From contig OZ024743.1 in NCBI GenBank assembly GCA_964016885.1, positions 300,700,001 through 300,764,000 on the forward strand: DNA of 64,000 nt, read 5' to 3'. Shown piece after piece: positions 12,401-27,826 of this stretch. Positions within the stretch are counted from its first letter, which is position 1, and the number at the start of each line of letters is the position of its first letter. Source of the stretch: Eledone cirrhosa (taxonomy: Eukaryota). A program made the translations under genes and the position numbers. The notes below the pieces were generated by a model. It saw only the letters and a program-made list of their open reading frames with translations, made no database searches and had not been told where the DNA came from.

Positions 12401-15353
12401 AAATACTCGACTACACAGACCACAAATATGTGATCTGTGAGATCGACATAGACAGACTTCATGGACAAGGGCCTTGTTACTGGAAGGTAAACGCGTCTTT
12501 CCCGGCGCGCAAATCCTACAGAGACCGGATTAGCGTATTAGAGTAGAGTCGATTAGGTTTAGCAAAGAAGTAGTGATAGAAGAAAATAGAGTAGAGGGAG
12601 AGGTAGTCAGAAAGCTAGAAGAGGCGTTTAGGACAGGCATCGACGTGCTTGCGGCGAGATTGGCACTCGACAAATTCTTCAACGCAAACACGAATGTTGC
12701 ATTGTCAGAGGTAGAGCGCGTGCTCTGAAACACGAGGGGACAAAAGCCGTGCAATGGGCCCGGTTTGCAGAGTCGCGACGACAGCAAAGCCACAATTTGG
12801 TCTTTGTCTGACCAAAACGGGCACGTGTTGCTCGAACCCGAGCAGATGTGTGAGGCTTTTCAGCAGCACTTAGCTGAACTGTTCGGGTGCAGCGGCGGGC
12901 CGGTTCGGGGTGGGATTCAGTGCACGCTTCGACGTACTGCTTCAGCACAGTGTTGCGAAAAGCCAATAACAGCCGGTGAAATACGGGAAGCGATGGCTAA
13001 CTGCACAAGGGGCAAATCGCCAGGTTTGGATGGTCTGCTCTACGAGCTTTATGCATTTATGCCAGACTTGTTCGGTGAACTTTTGGCAGACGTCTCCTGC
13101 AACTGGCAGCAGAACGGTGGCATTCCTAGTTTTGTGAGCCGGGGAGCAGTGGCGCTGCTGAGAAAAAAATCCGAACAAGGGGCATGTTATCGATCATTTC
13201 AGGCCCATAACCCTGCTAAACGCAGAGTTCAAGATTTTGGCCAAGGTGTTATCAACGAGGTTGGCGCTTGTCGTCAAGGCTCTGGTGGGAGAGGCGCAGA
13301 CATGCGCCATTCCGGACAGATCCATACTCGACAACCTCCACCTCATTCGATACATCATAGAGAGGGTGGTTAAGGAACCTGGAACGTGTGGGGCCCTGAT
13401 CAGCTTGGATCAATCCAAAGCATTCGATAGGGTCGACCATCGGTACCTGGCGGCGGTCCTCGAGGAAGACGGTTTCGGGCCCGTTTTCAGGGGTTGGATC
13501 GCAGCAATGTACAGTGACATCTGCTCAGTTGTTAGGGTGAACGGTCACCTGTCACAGCCGTTCATCATCATGCGCTCAGTCCGCCAGGGTTGTTCCCTCT
13601 CATCCCTCTTGTACGTATTGGCTCTCGAGCCGTTACTGCACAAACTGGGGGCGTTGAGGGGCGTCCCACGCGAACCAGGTTGCGGGAAATCCGATTCGGC
13701 TGACGCCGACGACTTCACTGTGGGGGTGTGGAGCACCAGACACTTCCAGATTCTCGGCAGCGCTCTCAAGGAATATGAAGCGGTAGAGGAGCAAAGATAA
13801 ACCTGGAAAAGTCGGTGGGCTTGCAGCTTGGGACATGGAGAGGCAAGTCCATGCCGTTCGACCGAGTGGTGGGGCTTTGTACGCACGAACCGGTTAAATT
13901 GCTCGGGGACTGATTCGGATCGGACCTTCAGATGGAGAAAAGCTGGAACGAGGTGACCAGCAGGGTGGCCTCCCACACCCAGAAATGGGCCGAGAGGAAG
14001 CAGTCCCTGAAAGGCCGGGCGGAGAATGCGAATGCGTACATCGCATCCGTCACCTGCTACCGCCTCACTGTCGTCCCTTGCTCCAGCCCAACTCTCACCA
14101 AAATGGAGCGCCTCCTCTTCCGCTTTTTGTGAAAGGGACGCGCTCCCATGGTCAGACGATCCATCTACGCCCGTTGAGTGGAGGACTGGGCATGCCATGA
14201 GTGATGATCCTCAAACATGCGGTGAGGCTGCGACATCGCTGGTGCTTCCTTGACGGTGAACAGGTGTGGGCGCCGTTCGCCAGGCACGTTTTCCCACAGC
14301 TCGTCTCCTTGACGGGGCTGCAGTTCTGGGTCAGAAAAAGACCGAGGAATAGCGCTTGGAAACTGGAATGTCTCCAGGCGCTCACTGCCCACTGCCAGCT
14401 GGGCACCAGTATCGGTAGAACATCCACCTCGGCGTTCTATAGAGGACTAGTGCAGGAGAAGACGACGATATTCTCGGAGAGATCCTGGGCGTCGAAGAAG
14501 ATCAGCTGTTTGCTCTCTTCTGTAGAACTTTCAGCCCAGGGCCTATGGATAACTTCAAAAAATCCCTGGCTCGGCAGTGCTACCGGGGAGCGCTGCCGGT
14601 TCGAGATAAGCTCTACAGGGACGGAAGTGCCGTCAGCCGAGCCTGACTGAGATCCGCGCAGAGTGACAGAACCGTCGTGCAGGCACTCGTTCAGTGCCCG
14701 AGCATTGCTGACTTGTGGAGCTATGTCGAACAGTTGCTGTCGCGTGTAGGACTGATCCGGTTATCGACTGTGTCCATTGTGCAGATGGTTTCGCCGTCTT
14801 CCTTCGAGGAGGAAGGGCAGGCGGTTTTCATCTGCCTTGTGGCCATGGCGAAAGAGATTGTGGACAAGGTTAAAAGGGTTAAAGGCAAACACTTTCCTCT
14901 TCGCCGAATCCCTAATTAACTTTTTCAAGTTTCACTTGAAGAGGAAAATCAGGGTGGAGAGGCAAGTGCTGCCTTCTAGCAAGTTTGTTGAAAGGTGGGT
15001 GAATGTAGCGAGAATGGTCCGAGTGAACGGGACCGCTCTGAATATACGTCGGTAGTTTGAGAAATGGAAAAATTGAGAGAGGGCGCTTGCCCTGGTGTTC
15101 AGGGTGCCCTTGGTCTTTTGTGTGGTTTTCGCCACGAGTAACCCTCGGACGTTTACCTCCAATTGGGAATTTTTCATTATTTCAATTTTCATTTTTATTG
15201 TTTTTATATATATATATGTTTCTATGTCCTTTTTTCTTTTCTTATAATAAATAATAAAACTATTTACACGCACAAAACCCACATCGTACGGTCCTGTACC
15301 GTCCTGTGCCGTCTGTAATGTTTTTCTTGATGTCAGACCTTGTGGCCAATAAA
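9430..15353 (+). mobile_element. Tx1/L1-clade LINE, family A copy 2 (near full length, degenerate)
   Basis: ORF1 starts at ATG 9707 and has an intact CCHC knuckle CYLCGLNGHLRAFCP. ORF2 starts at ATG 11743 with APE, KSPGLDGL, LDQSKAFDRVDH, VRQGCSLS, ADADD and a C-terminal RWVNVARM. AATAAA lies at about 15348. Confidence 0.92.
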
Positions 15354-15354
15354 T

Positions 15355-15545
15355 GGTGAATTGGAAATATCGGTACAGGGTTGGACCCCATGCTTTTTAG
15401 CATAGTTACGTCCCTTTACGGTCTGAGTTCAAATCCCGTCGAGGTTAATTTTGCATTTCATCCTTACGGGGTCGATGAAATAAAGTAGCAGTAACGTACT
15501 GAGTGATTGTAATAATAATAACAATAATAATATAAATATTAATAA
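15355..15545 (+). mobile_element. tRNA-derived SINE (Meta-domain-like)
   Basis: B box gagttcaaatccc, core tttcatccttacggggtcgatgaaataaagtag, and a (TAA)n tail. Confidence 0.85.
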
Positions 15546-15648
15546 GCACAGACACATTAACCCCCACCACACAACACACACACACACACATATAATAGAA
15601 AAAACGAGGAAGTTTCGTTTACATATGAAATATATTTATTGCGTATCG

Positions 15649-15740
15649 ACCTGTTACGCGCGTTTCGCAGATGATTGGCTCAGGGTGACCCATATGAGTT
15701 ATGGACCCCACTCCTGTAACGACCTGCTCCTCAGACTGGT
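15649..15740 (-). ncRNA. Putative type I hammerhead ribozyme with long stem II
   Basis: Minus strand: accagt CTGAGGA gcaggt...atctgc GAAAC gcgc GTA acaggt. Stem III is palindromic (acgcgcgt). Confidence 0.65.
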
Positions 15741-15981
15741 GGTATGACAAAAATAAATATTTGTGTTGTGTTATGTGGCTCTAGAAGATATATATGTATA
15801 GACATCCTTAATTTCTCACGCGCCAACGAATATAGGTGAATATACAACCGCATTACCGCCACACCAATTACATCAAATTACACAACTACGCCCACACACA
15901 ACACATAGGGCGGATTCCTATATATATATATATAGCCTCTCGGCCCACATACCACAACAAAAATATAATATTTGTCGCATC

Positions 15982-16073
15982 ACCAGTCTGAGGAGCTGAT
16001 CGCTATTGGAGTCGGATCCATAACTCATATGGGTCACCATGAGCCCATCATCTGCGAAACGTGCGTAACAGGT
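15982..16073 (+). ncRNA. Putative type I hammerhead ribozyme with long stem II
   Basis: accagt CTGAGGA gc...(about 60 nt)...gc GAAAC gtgc GTA acaggt, with AATAAA at 16082. Confidence 0.6.
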
Positions 16074-16178
16074 AGATACGCAATAAACATGTTTCGTATG
16101 TAAACGAAGCTTCTTCGTTTTTCTATTATATACACTCTACATGTGCACAAGCACAAACCCACCCACCAGACACACACA

Positions 16179-16217
<39 letters not shown>

Positions 16218-17491
16218 ACACACATATACACATGCCCCCCCCCCATACATATATATATATCAGTAGGGCGTACAGGAGAGAAAAGCTATGGAAGAATTGA
16301 CAGACACGTCTTCTCAGGCAACCATAGGAAATTGCAACCGACGGGTTCAATTAAGTAAGTTTTCCCTATTCTCATGTCTTACCTTATACGCCTCAGTGTT
16401 ATTTTTCTTTGTCTGTATATAGTTGAATTGCAGTTCATATTATTTTTTTCTGTTTTTCTATGTCCTTCCTTTGTATGTGTTATTTTCCTTTAGCGATGTC
16501 CTTGCGCACTGTTCTCTCCCTTCATTTCCAATCGACGCTCTTGAGATTCACATTCGTATTTTTCGCCACGAGTCATAATTTGTCCAGATTTTGTCTCTAT
16601 CTATTTTGGTGTATCCCAATTTGTACAGGAATGAAGAATATCAATCTCAATGCACCGAAGTATATATATGTAGTGTGTGTATGTGTGTATACACACGTGT
16701 ATGTCTATGAGTCCTTTTCTGAAGTTTACGTGTGCATTTATTTACATAGAAGTGCGTGTTTGAATGCTTATATGTGAATTGTTTATGCAGTTTGTGTATG
16801 TGTAAGTTTTTCTGTGAATTAATTATTCCCGTCTATATATAATCGCACGCACACACACACGTACATATACATTTATATTCATATATGTGACCATATGTAC
16901 ACGTTGGTGAGTGTTTTTGTCATAGTTTATCTGTTAAACTATGTGAATGGAGTTTCGTAACGATCCTGGCTCGTGGTGACGGTTGTGGCCAAATCTGACT
17001 TATTTAAGGAAATAGCTGACAGTAAAAGTGCTCAGATGAGGGATTGTGTGTCTACAGAAAATGGAAGTTATATAAGATACACATGTTGAGTATTTGGCAG
17101 AGAAGGAAATGCGATGAGATCTGTGGTCTCAATGAATGTATTTGTGTGTCTTGCTAGGAAAGAAGGTTAGGCTGAGTTTTTGAGTTGGAAGTGTAATATG
17201 GTTACGTGTGTTAATACGATTAGTTAGTTGATTAGTAGCGTCAGCAAAAAATGGAAAGAATGAAATTGTCTATGACCATGTAGAATTTTATACGTACGCA
17301 TGTTAATAGGTGTAGTGTAAGTTTGTGGGAGATCGGTGTAGAGTATGTGTGTTGGTGGGTACGACATTTATTACTAACTATTTAATGCCCATCTCTGTCA
17401 TTGGTTCATTTGCTCTAAGCCTCTTTGAGCTGAGTGTAATATATTAAGATTACTTTGCGGTATGTTACTAGAAATGATTATATCAATATTT

Positions 17492-17549
17492 ATTCTATTA
17501 TATATATTTCAAGGATACCAAAACTTTGGTACGCTTTCATCAGATCAAA
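17492..17549 (-). ncRNA. Putative hammerhead ribozyme in the 3' tail of the PLE
   Basis: Minus strand: tttgat CTGATGA aag-cgtaccaaagttttggtatc-ctt GAAA tatata TA atagaa, followed by AATAAA. Stem I is imperfect. Confidence 0.45.
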
Positions 17550-18684
17550 TACGAAGTGTGTTTTATAAGTTTTGACATAACCAAGGAAAATACCTTAACG
17601 GTTCACGTTTTCCTTGGATAGTGAAGGGATAAGAGAAAAAAAGTCAGATATTTCATATTGTTAAGATGAGTATGCAATGAGTATGCAAATGAAGTTCAGG
17701 TAAAGGGCTGAAAAAAGTTTATTTAGACACTATGGATAATTTAAATAATTATGATATGTGTTTGCATGCGTAGGAAAAAAGAAAAAGGAAGAAGAGCTTG
17801 TATTTACGTTAATTTTGGGGAAAAGGTGGAATATAATTCCACAGTTTAAATTTAAATTTATTTACCTATATTATGAGTTATAATATTGTATATATAATCA
17901 ATTAGATTATATGAAGAATTATGGTTGTAAGTATTTTTTATCTTATTTCATTACAATAGGTTATATGTATATAAATATCTATATAGATTAATAATTGCGT
18001 ATGTATTAGTATTATAGAAATAAAAATATTTATAATTATTAGTTGTTTATATTGCTAATATGAGTTACGAAGGATATTGATTTTGTATTTTACATAGGTG
18101 GTTCAAGTTGTGAGAGAACAATTTGTAGATTCTAATATCTTGTTCGACATTGAAAATGTTTTCAGAATATTGTTACTTTAGCGAAGTTATATAGATTATA
18201 ATGCATAATATGTTTATGTTTGCACGATTGAGAAAGGAAAGATAAGTCCAATTTTGTTTGTTAACCTTAAAATATGATGAGTGATTTACTCGAAAATATA
18301 TAGAGAACATTATATATTATTTTGTGTGATATTAATTATTTTAGTCGAAAGATGTGTGAATGTTTGAATATAAAAAAGAGAGGAAAAACGTAATGTGCTT
18401 TTCAATGAACTATCGTAAAGAGTATGAATTTTCAGAATCTCAATTAAAGATTATCAATCTACATCTAAAAAAATATATTTAGAAGGGTGTCATCAGAAAA
18501 GTAATGTCAGAATTAAAAATATTAAATATATATATAATAACAAATGTGAAAAGGTAAAAAACTTAGAAATATTAAAGCTATTAAAAAATTAAAAAATATT
18601 AAAAATATTTAAAAATTTAAAAAATTTACATTTAAACTTTTAAAAGTGTATAGGAATATTATAAATAAAAAATAGTTCTGAACC

Positions 18685-20440
18685 TGGAATTTTGGCGATG
18701 TCTGCAAGAAGAACATAATTATGTTCTAAGATTAATAGAGTTTTGAAAGTTAATTATATAAAACATTTCTTCGATACAAAGTTACAGAATCTTGATAAAG
18801 CCATATTTCGGTATGCAGGTGCTTTTGAAATCGTTCTCCAACATATTAAATAGTCTATATCGTTGTCATTTAAGTTCCAAATTAGATGTGAAAGTGAAGT
18901 AGAAGATTTTTTTATCAGATCTCCTAAATGTGTATTTATGGTTAATTCAGCGTTCTTTGAATTTTGTTGAAGTGGCACCAATATAGTTAAATATGTTGTC
19001 TCTAGTTTTGAATTGTGCATTTATAAACTACGTTTTTGTCTAAACAATTATTTTTAAAGGGCAGTTTGATTTGAATCTAGAGTTACATTTTCTGGAGTTG
19101 TTGTTCGGAACGGTACTATTATTCTGAATATTGTTGTTAGAAATATTATTATTGCTATTTTGGTTAGTTTGGTTAGGGCTAAAATTTAAGTTTCTATTAT
19201 TAATTCTATTTATATTTTGTGCTATGTTCATAGTAGTATAGTAGGATTGTTTTATAATGTGTCTGTTAAAAATAGAGTGGTATCTGTGGTCTTTAGGAAA
19301 ACATTTATCTAGTGCTTTAAAGAATAGCTTTGCTAAATATGTTTTAGCACTTAATGAGAACGGGGGAGACTATCAAATAATAGTTCTAGTTCTAGTTTTT
19401 TGTTTGGTTTAGTGTTTAAGTTACATTGTATTATGGATTTCATTTTCCTATTAATTTCACTATTGCTATGGTTTTCAATTAAAAGCAACATATCGTCACG
19501 ATATAAACCTCCGGTCATCTCTGGCATATTCCTATGCAGTACATTATTAATAAATAATCCAACGAGGCCCGTTACTTGCGCCGAGACAGATGATCCCATA
19601 GTGATATTATAATTAATATTAGGATGATTTGTCACGTTATTGTTAACTATGTATTTAATTTTATTCAAGTATCCTGCTCTATGTAATGTTTCATTATAAT
19701 ATTCAGCAATATCATCAACAATATTTTTATTAGCTGAGATGCGTGAACTCCGTTGTTGGATGCTATTTATAATAGTTCTTTTAATATTTCTAGGATGATT
19801 AGAATTGAAACTTACATACTTTAGATGTTCGTTAATTTTATGGAAAGGAACGTAAAGACCTGTGCTAAGGTTTAAGGTTACATCTAAGAAGTTAACGATG
19901 CTGTAGTTATTTTCTATTTCTAACTTAAGGTTGTAGTCGTTGAAAAATTGTATTATGGATTTCCTTTTCCTATTAATTTTACTATTGCTATGGTTTTCAA
20001 TTAAATGCAACATATCGTCACGATATAAGCCTCCGGTTATCTCTGGCATTTTGCTATGCAGTAAATTATTAATTAATAATTCAACGAGGTCCGTTACTTC
20101 GCCGAGTCAGATGATCCCATAGTGATATCAAAATTGTTTTTTCTGTCGGCTCTTGTCCAGAAATGATTATGAAATGCTATTAGTGTTTTACGTGTTTGTA
20201 GAATTATATTCATTTCATTCACTAGATAGGTCTGTATGTTTAGACGCATAGATAAGTGCCTTATTAAGTAAGCTAGGGATAATAGAGGAGTAGTAATTTG
20301 CAATATCCATTTGAATGAATTGTTTGTTATGTTTAAATGTTATGTTATTGAACTAATCTATAATTTCATTAGTAATCTATAATTTCATTATTTAATATCA
20401 TTGAATACTATACTTCAGAAAATTTATCGAGTGCTCTGAA
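18685..20440 (-). mobile_element. Penelope-like element ORF remnant (Naiad-type RT plus C-terminal GIY-YIG)
   Basis: FDITMGSSDSA, GLYRDD, VNFLDVTLNL, YVSFNSNHP, CPL, STSLSHLIWNL, WRTISKAPAY, and a terminal CRH motif at about 18695. Frameshifted. Confidence 0.85.
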
Positions 20441-20494
20441 TCAGTTAAACATTAATATTTGTTGAATTACCAACACATTGAATATCCCTTCTGC

Positions 20495-21690
<1,196 letters not shown>

Positions 21691-21988
21691 ATAAACAACA
21701 TTTCAAAATTTGATATTGAAAAATAAAAGAATTAATATGTAAATAAATAATATAAACGAGAATATTGTCATAAATGAAGATATATTTATTGAAATTATTA
21801 ACAATTAATAATAACAAGAATTTCTGAAATCTAGAAAGGGAAAAAGCAAAATAAAATAAAACAAAGAAATTTAAAAATAAATCAGTTATTTTTTTTCAAG
21901 CTATATGTTATGAAGTTAAAACTGAAATATTCTCATCGTATGAAATGTATGGGATAACAGTAAATGTAATTGTTTGTATATTAACATA

Positions 21989-22102
<114 letters not shown>

Positions 22103-22137
22103 CGTATATATATATATATAGATACAGATGTAGAAAG

Positions 22138-22173
<36 letters not shown>

Positions 22174-22320
22174 ATTATATATATATGTAGATAAATCTAC
22201 CAAGAGTTTACGGTAGTGTCCAATCCGTATGAAGAACTCAATGTAATCCGGATATCATGGAAAGAAGAGATGCAATGAAAAATCACTTTCGGTGAAAGAT
22301 AAACGGAATACAGAGTCAAG

Positions 22321-22745
22321 ATAAAATATTTAAAAAATAATGAATAAAACAATGAAACAGTTCCTTATATTAAACAAAAAAAGTTCATTATTTAACGATC
22401 GTTTCTAGGATATATATGTGTTAGAATTGGCATGCATATTCAACAGATCTATGTACAAAATTATACAAAATTATACAAACTATCAAAATTAAATATACAT
22501 ACCCAACACATATATATGCCGTCTTCAGAAATTATTTCTGAAGACGGCATATATATGTGTTGGGTATGTATATTTAATTTTGATAGTTTGTATAATTTTG
22601 TATAATTTTGTACATAGATCTGTTGAATATGCATGCCAATTCTAACACATATATATCCTAGAAACGATCGTTAAATAATGAACTTTTTTTGTTTAATATA
22701 AGGAACTGTTTCATTGTTTTATTCATTATTTTTTTAATATTTTAT
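22321..22745. repeat. Near-perfect palindrome, about 212-bp arms, 1-nt centre
   Basis: ...gccgtcttcagaaat-t-atttctgaagacggc..., centre 22533. I saw one mismatch near the outer ends. Confidence 0.95.
22532..22678 (+). ncRNA. Putative type I hammerhead ribozyme with a stem II of about 115 nt
   Basis: ttattt CTGAAGA cggcatatatatgtgttgg...ctaacacatatatatccta GAAAC gatc GTT aaataa. Stem I is ttattt/aaataa and stem III is the palindrome acgatcgt. Confidence 0.6.
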
Positions 22746-22976
22746 TATATATATATATATATTATAATATGACATGCATGGCAAACCGGTGTATACCTTA
22801 CTAGATACTCGGTATTTCCTGATGCAAAAATAACATGAGCTGGCATTGGGATGTTTCCATTTCCTAGGAAGTTATACGCATGTTGGCCATGTACTTTATA
22901 TACTATTGTATATTAACCTCGATGTTAACATATTGAGGGAACTACTTTTAGTGATTACAACCCCACATTCCGTCAA

Positions 22977-23033
<57 letters not shown>

Positions 23034-23249
23034 CACATGTGTGTGACTATGAATGAGTGTGTGTTCATTAAGTATTCTATTTTAGAATTGAAGACCGCGA
23101 GAATACGTTCTTAATACCGTAGCTGTATTGATGCTGCTGTTTGCTGCATCTACAACATACATATGACATCTGTATCAAACCAAAAACAGGGTTTGTGGAA
23201 TCTATTGTACTGAAGTAACGTTTCAAACGAGCAGCAATATACATGTATT

Positions 23250-23775
<526 letters not shown>

Positions 23776-24944
23776 TATAACTGCATGTGGGTTTGAGTGT
23801 GGGTGAGAGCATGTGTAGTGTGAGAGAGGAATACAACAAGATGGATAGTAGAAGACTGAACGATTTCTATTTTATTTACTATTCTCTGTACTTCTTGGGT
23901 ATTTTCATAGACTATAAATAAACAAATGGATTGTAGCCAATAGTCCGTTGGAAAGATATTAGAGGATTATGATCCAATGGATGAGGGGGAATAGAAGAAT
24001 GGAGAAGATGAAAACTATTAGTATAGGAAAGTTATGGACAATAAGGAATATATGTGTATTACAATGTTAAATATGAAAAGAGAAACAGAACCGAATATAT
24101 CAGCTTAAGAGAAATCGGCCATGTGAAAGAAGTAAAATAAGGATATAGATATAGAGAAACTTAAAGAAAATAGACAAGAATAGATTATTAATTTTGGTTG
24201 ATGCACGTGATGTTACCTAGAATTAAAATGAAATTTGATATTTGAAAGAAAAAAGAAAGCGTTTTGGTATATTAGACTGAAATACTGGTATGTTATGATT
24301 TTGGGCTAATGGAGTTGGTGTAATGTAAGATGAAAGGGAAGTACCCAGGATAGAGACAATGACAATAGATGCAGACGAAATGACGTGATTAGAGATAAAA
24401 GTATAGATGCGGTAACATATACTTAACTAATATGATAAATACATCTACGCATGGGAAATAAGCAAGAAGATGTAATGAAGAGTCGGTTAAATGAACGGGG
24501 ATGAGGTGAGGACTCTGTTTAAGGTTGTGCTATTTCGCTCCAATCTTTAATTTCTAGAGCAGGCCATTCTAGCTTTCCTGATTGACTATTACAGCCAATA
24601 TACTTTCGTCCTGTAAAATGCTGAACGAAGGATTTATACGAAACGAATGAGGAATAACATGTACACACCCGCTGAACAGACACAAACCTTCTCACAAACA
24701 CACACAGACACTCATAGATATATACCCCCCCCCCCCACACACACACATATATATATATATATATACATGAAACGTAGAGTCCTGATGTAATTCGGAACGA
24801 GACCACTATTAAAATAGTTATTCAAGACGTTAGTAGAGTGTAGATATATTCAGTTTATTATTTGTCACATTCAAAAGAAAATAACAAATTGATCTCTTAC
24901 GGATTAAGCAGCACTCGTACTGTATAATTAATCTTTTAATAAAA

Positions 24945-25005
<61 letters not shown>

Positions 25006-25006
25006 A

Positions 25007-25078
<72 letters not shown>

Positions 25079-26029
25079 TGTGTGGGTGTGTGTGTGTGTG
25101 TGTCATACGTGTGTATATATATATATATGAGCATATGATTGAATGTGAGACATATTGGAACAGACTTAATGGCTTTTACCGAATGTATATTTAGGAATGT
25201 GTTTTTCTAATAATTTATTTTAATTATTTACCATCCCATGTATTGGTACATGATTGAATCTTTTATTAAAACTGTTAGATTTATCCACTTTGCTCTTTGA
25301 AACAATAAAAATAAATATATTTATTTCCTCTTCACAAGAATTGTAGGTTCACAGTACCTAGATTAATGATAATAATAATGACTTTTAATATAGGCACGAG
25401 TCCTACAGTTTTTGTTGAGTGTGAGGCAGATTTCTTTGTATTCATTTTAATCAACCTGGAATGATGTAAGGCAAAATTGAACACAGACACAAAACAAATG
25501 GCAGGTTCAAACACTGGATATACATTTCTCGACGCTGTAACAATTCTGCCAATCCACCCTATACGTTCCGAAAATAAGCACATGTTTAGACATATTGTGA
25601 CAGTGGAAATATTGATTATATTGACCACAGCACTTCGGCTGCACTTTCCTTGTTCACCATTGAATAGAGGATAACAAATTCACCTTGGTGGGATTTCGAA
25701 TGAGAATTTAAAAGGGCGTAAATATACACTGCAAGATATTTTTGTCCCTCGCTCAATTAATTATGTCAATTCACCATTCTTCCTAATATTCGCTCTAAAC
25801 GGTTATACCAGTAAAACATAATATTTCGGCCAAGTATCGAAGTTAAGCAGAATATTGAAAATGACTTTGAGACATTCCGCCAACAGATGGGAAACTTGTC
25901 TAGATATGGCAAGATTGAAATGCAGTTCTTAATTTAAAATTGCTATAAACAAATCTAAGTTTTGCAGAGCAATTCACAAAACACTTATAATTTACACATT
26001 AACAACAAAAATCAGGTTATTTGAATAAT

Positions 26030-26218
26030 TGTTTCTACTTTAGGCACAAGGCCAGCAATTACCCAGTACATTACTGGTACTTTATTTTATCGACCCCGTA
26101 AGGATGAAAGGCAAAGTTAACCTCGGCGGGTTTTGAACTCAGACTGTAAAGGGACGTAACTATGCTAGAAAGCATGGCGTCCGACCCTCTACCCATACTG
26201 CCAATTCACCGCCAATTT
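26030..26218 (-). mobile_element. Full-length tRNA-derived SINE with a 15-bp TSD
   Basis: A/B boxes and the Meta-like core are present. TSD ggttatttgaataat at 26015-26029 and 26219-26233. Confidence 0.92.
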
Positions 26219-26728
26219 GGTTATTTGAATAATGATGGCTATTTCCATCTCAATGTCTACGGTACGGAACAAAATATAACAAATATTAAACCCAAAATGC
26301 AATAATCTTGTAATCAAGGCAAATACCTTACAACTAAACTGAATGAGTATTAAAATATAACGGTTATTAAATTTGGGACTTTCAACTTCAGTTAGACTAT
26401 CACTGATTTACACAGCTGCCAGTTCAATGTTTTGCTTTTCCCACAACAAATACGAAATACGTGTTCCAAGTAAAACGTAGTGAATACACATACGGAAATA
26501 TTTACGCAGAGTCTTACTTGATTATAAAAAAACACCCATAAACTATTATAGATACATATATATATTGGTGAGATTGATTTCTAAAGCAGCTTTCAAAAAT
26601 AGGCTGTACGATAACAAACATCAGCTTTTGAAAATATTTCGTGGAACCATCCTGAAAAAACGTCGGAGTAACTGTAAATGTGTTTGACTAATATGGTTTA
26701 TGAGTCGTTTATCCTGTTAATTTATATA

Positions 26729-26860
<132 letters not shown>

Positions 26861-27788
26861 TGTGTGTGTGTGTGTGGTGGAAGGTGTATAGATATATTGG
26901 CAAATTTAGAACCTACGTGATGTAAATCAATTTTCATAAGGAATGAAACGATACACCTGGAGCAGAAATAATATATCGTATAATATATCGTATATAATAT
27001 ATCGTATCTACATCGTATTCTCGAAGCTAAGAACCTAATAAATATATCATACATTTCAAGTCGTTAAACAGAAATTAAATAAGGAACATCCCTACAAAGC
27101 TACTATAAATGCACTATATACAACAACCAACAAGCCTCATTCTTCACACTTCACTTAATCGAGGGTAAAGAAACATTAAATTTACATATTATATATATAT
27201 ATATGTGAGTGTGTATGTGTGTATGAATAAAACTGAAGAGAATATGCTCACATTGAGCCAAACAAAGGATGACGGGTTTAATTGAAAGGAAAAATTTCCG
27301 GTTTCGCAAATAATCGGAAATATAGCAATGTGATCACATATTTTCTCTTTTTTCGATGTGAAAATATTGTTTCTAAGCTGATATTTCAATTAAATTTGGA
27401 AACATCTGCTACAAAAATGTGGATAATGTCTATCGGTACTTCTGTAAGATAATCTGCATTGACTCGTGCAGGTGTCAAAATGGGTATTCTATGCATGTGT
27501 TATATGAAACTGAAAAAACTTAACAATCACACATGTAACTGGTGTTGGGAAATTGTTTCAGATTTATGCAAAAACGTGGCTGAAATTGTTGACTGTTTAG
27601 AGTATAATATGATAGAGTGAATATGATCCCTTGATTATGCCTCAAATCTGGTGGTCTACTGAATATGAACAGTGTCAATGCTAAATAGAAATCGTATCTG
27701 TAATTCATGTACAAACACACAGACACATACACACACACACACGAAAAAACACACACAAGCATACTCACGCACAAACACACACACGCGC

Positions 27789-27819
<31 letters not shown>

Positions 27820-27826
<7 letters not shown>

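Larger units (their letters stand above)
15591..16130. mobile_element. Inverted-repeat element with about 210-bp arms, each arm carrying a hammerhead core (PLE-derived or MITE-like)
   Basis: 15591-15805 is the imperfect reverse complement of about 15920-16130. Confidence 0.8.
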
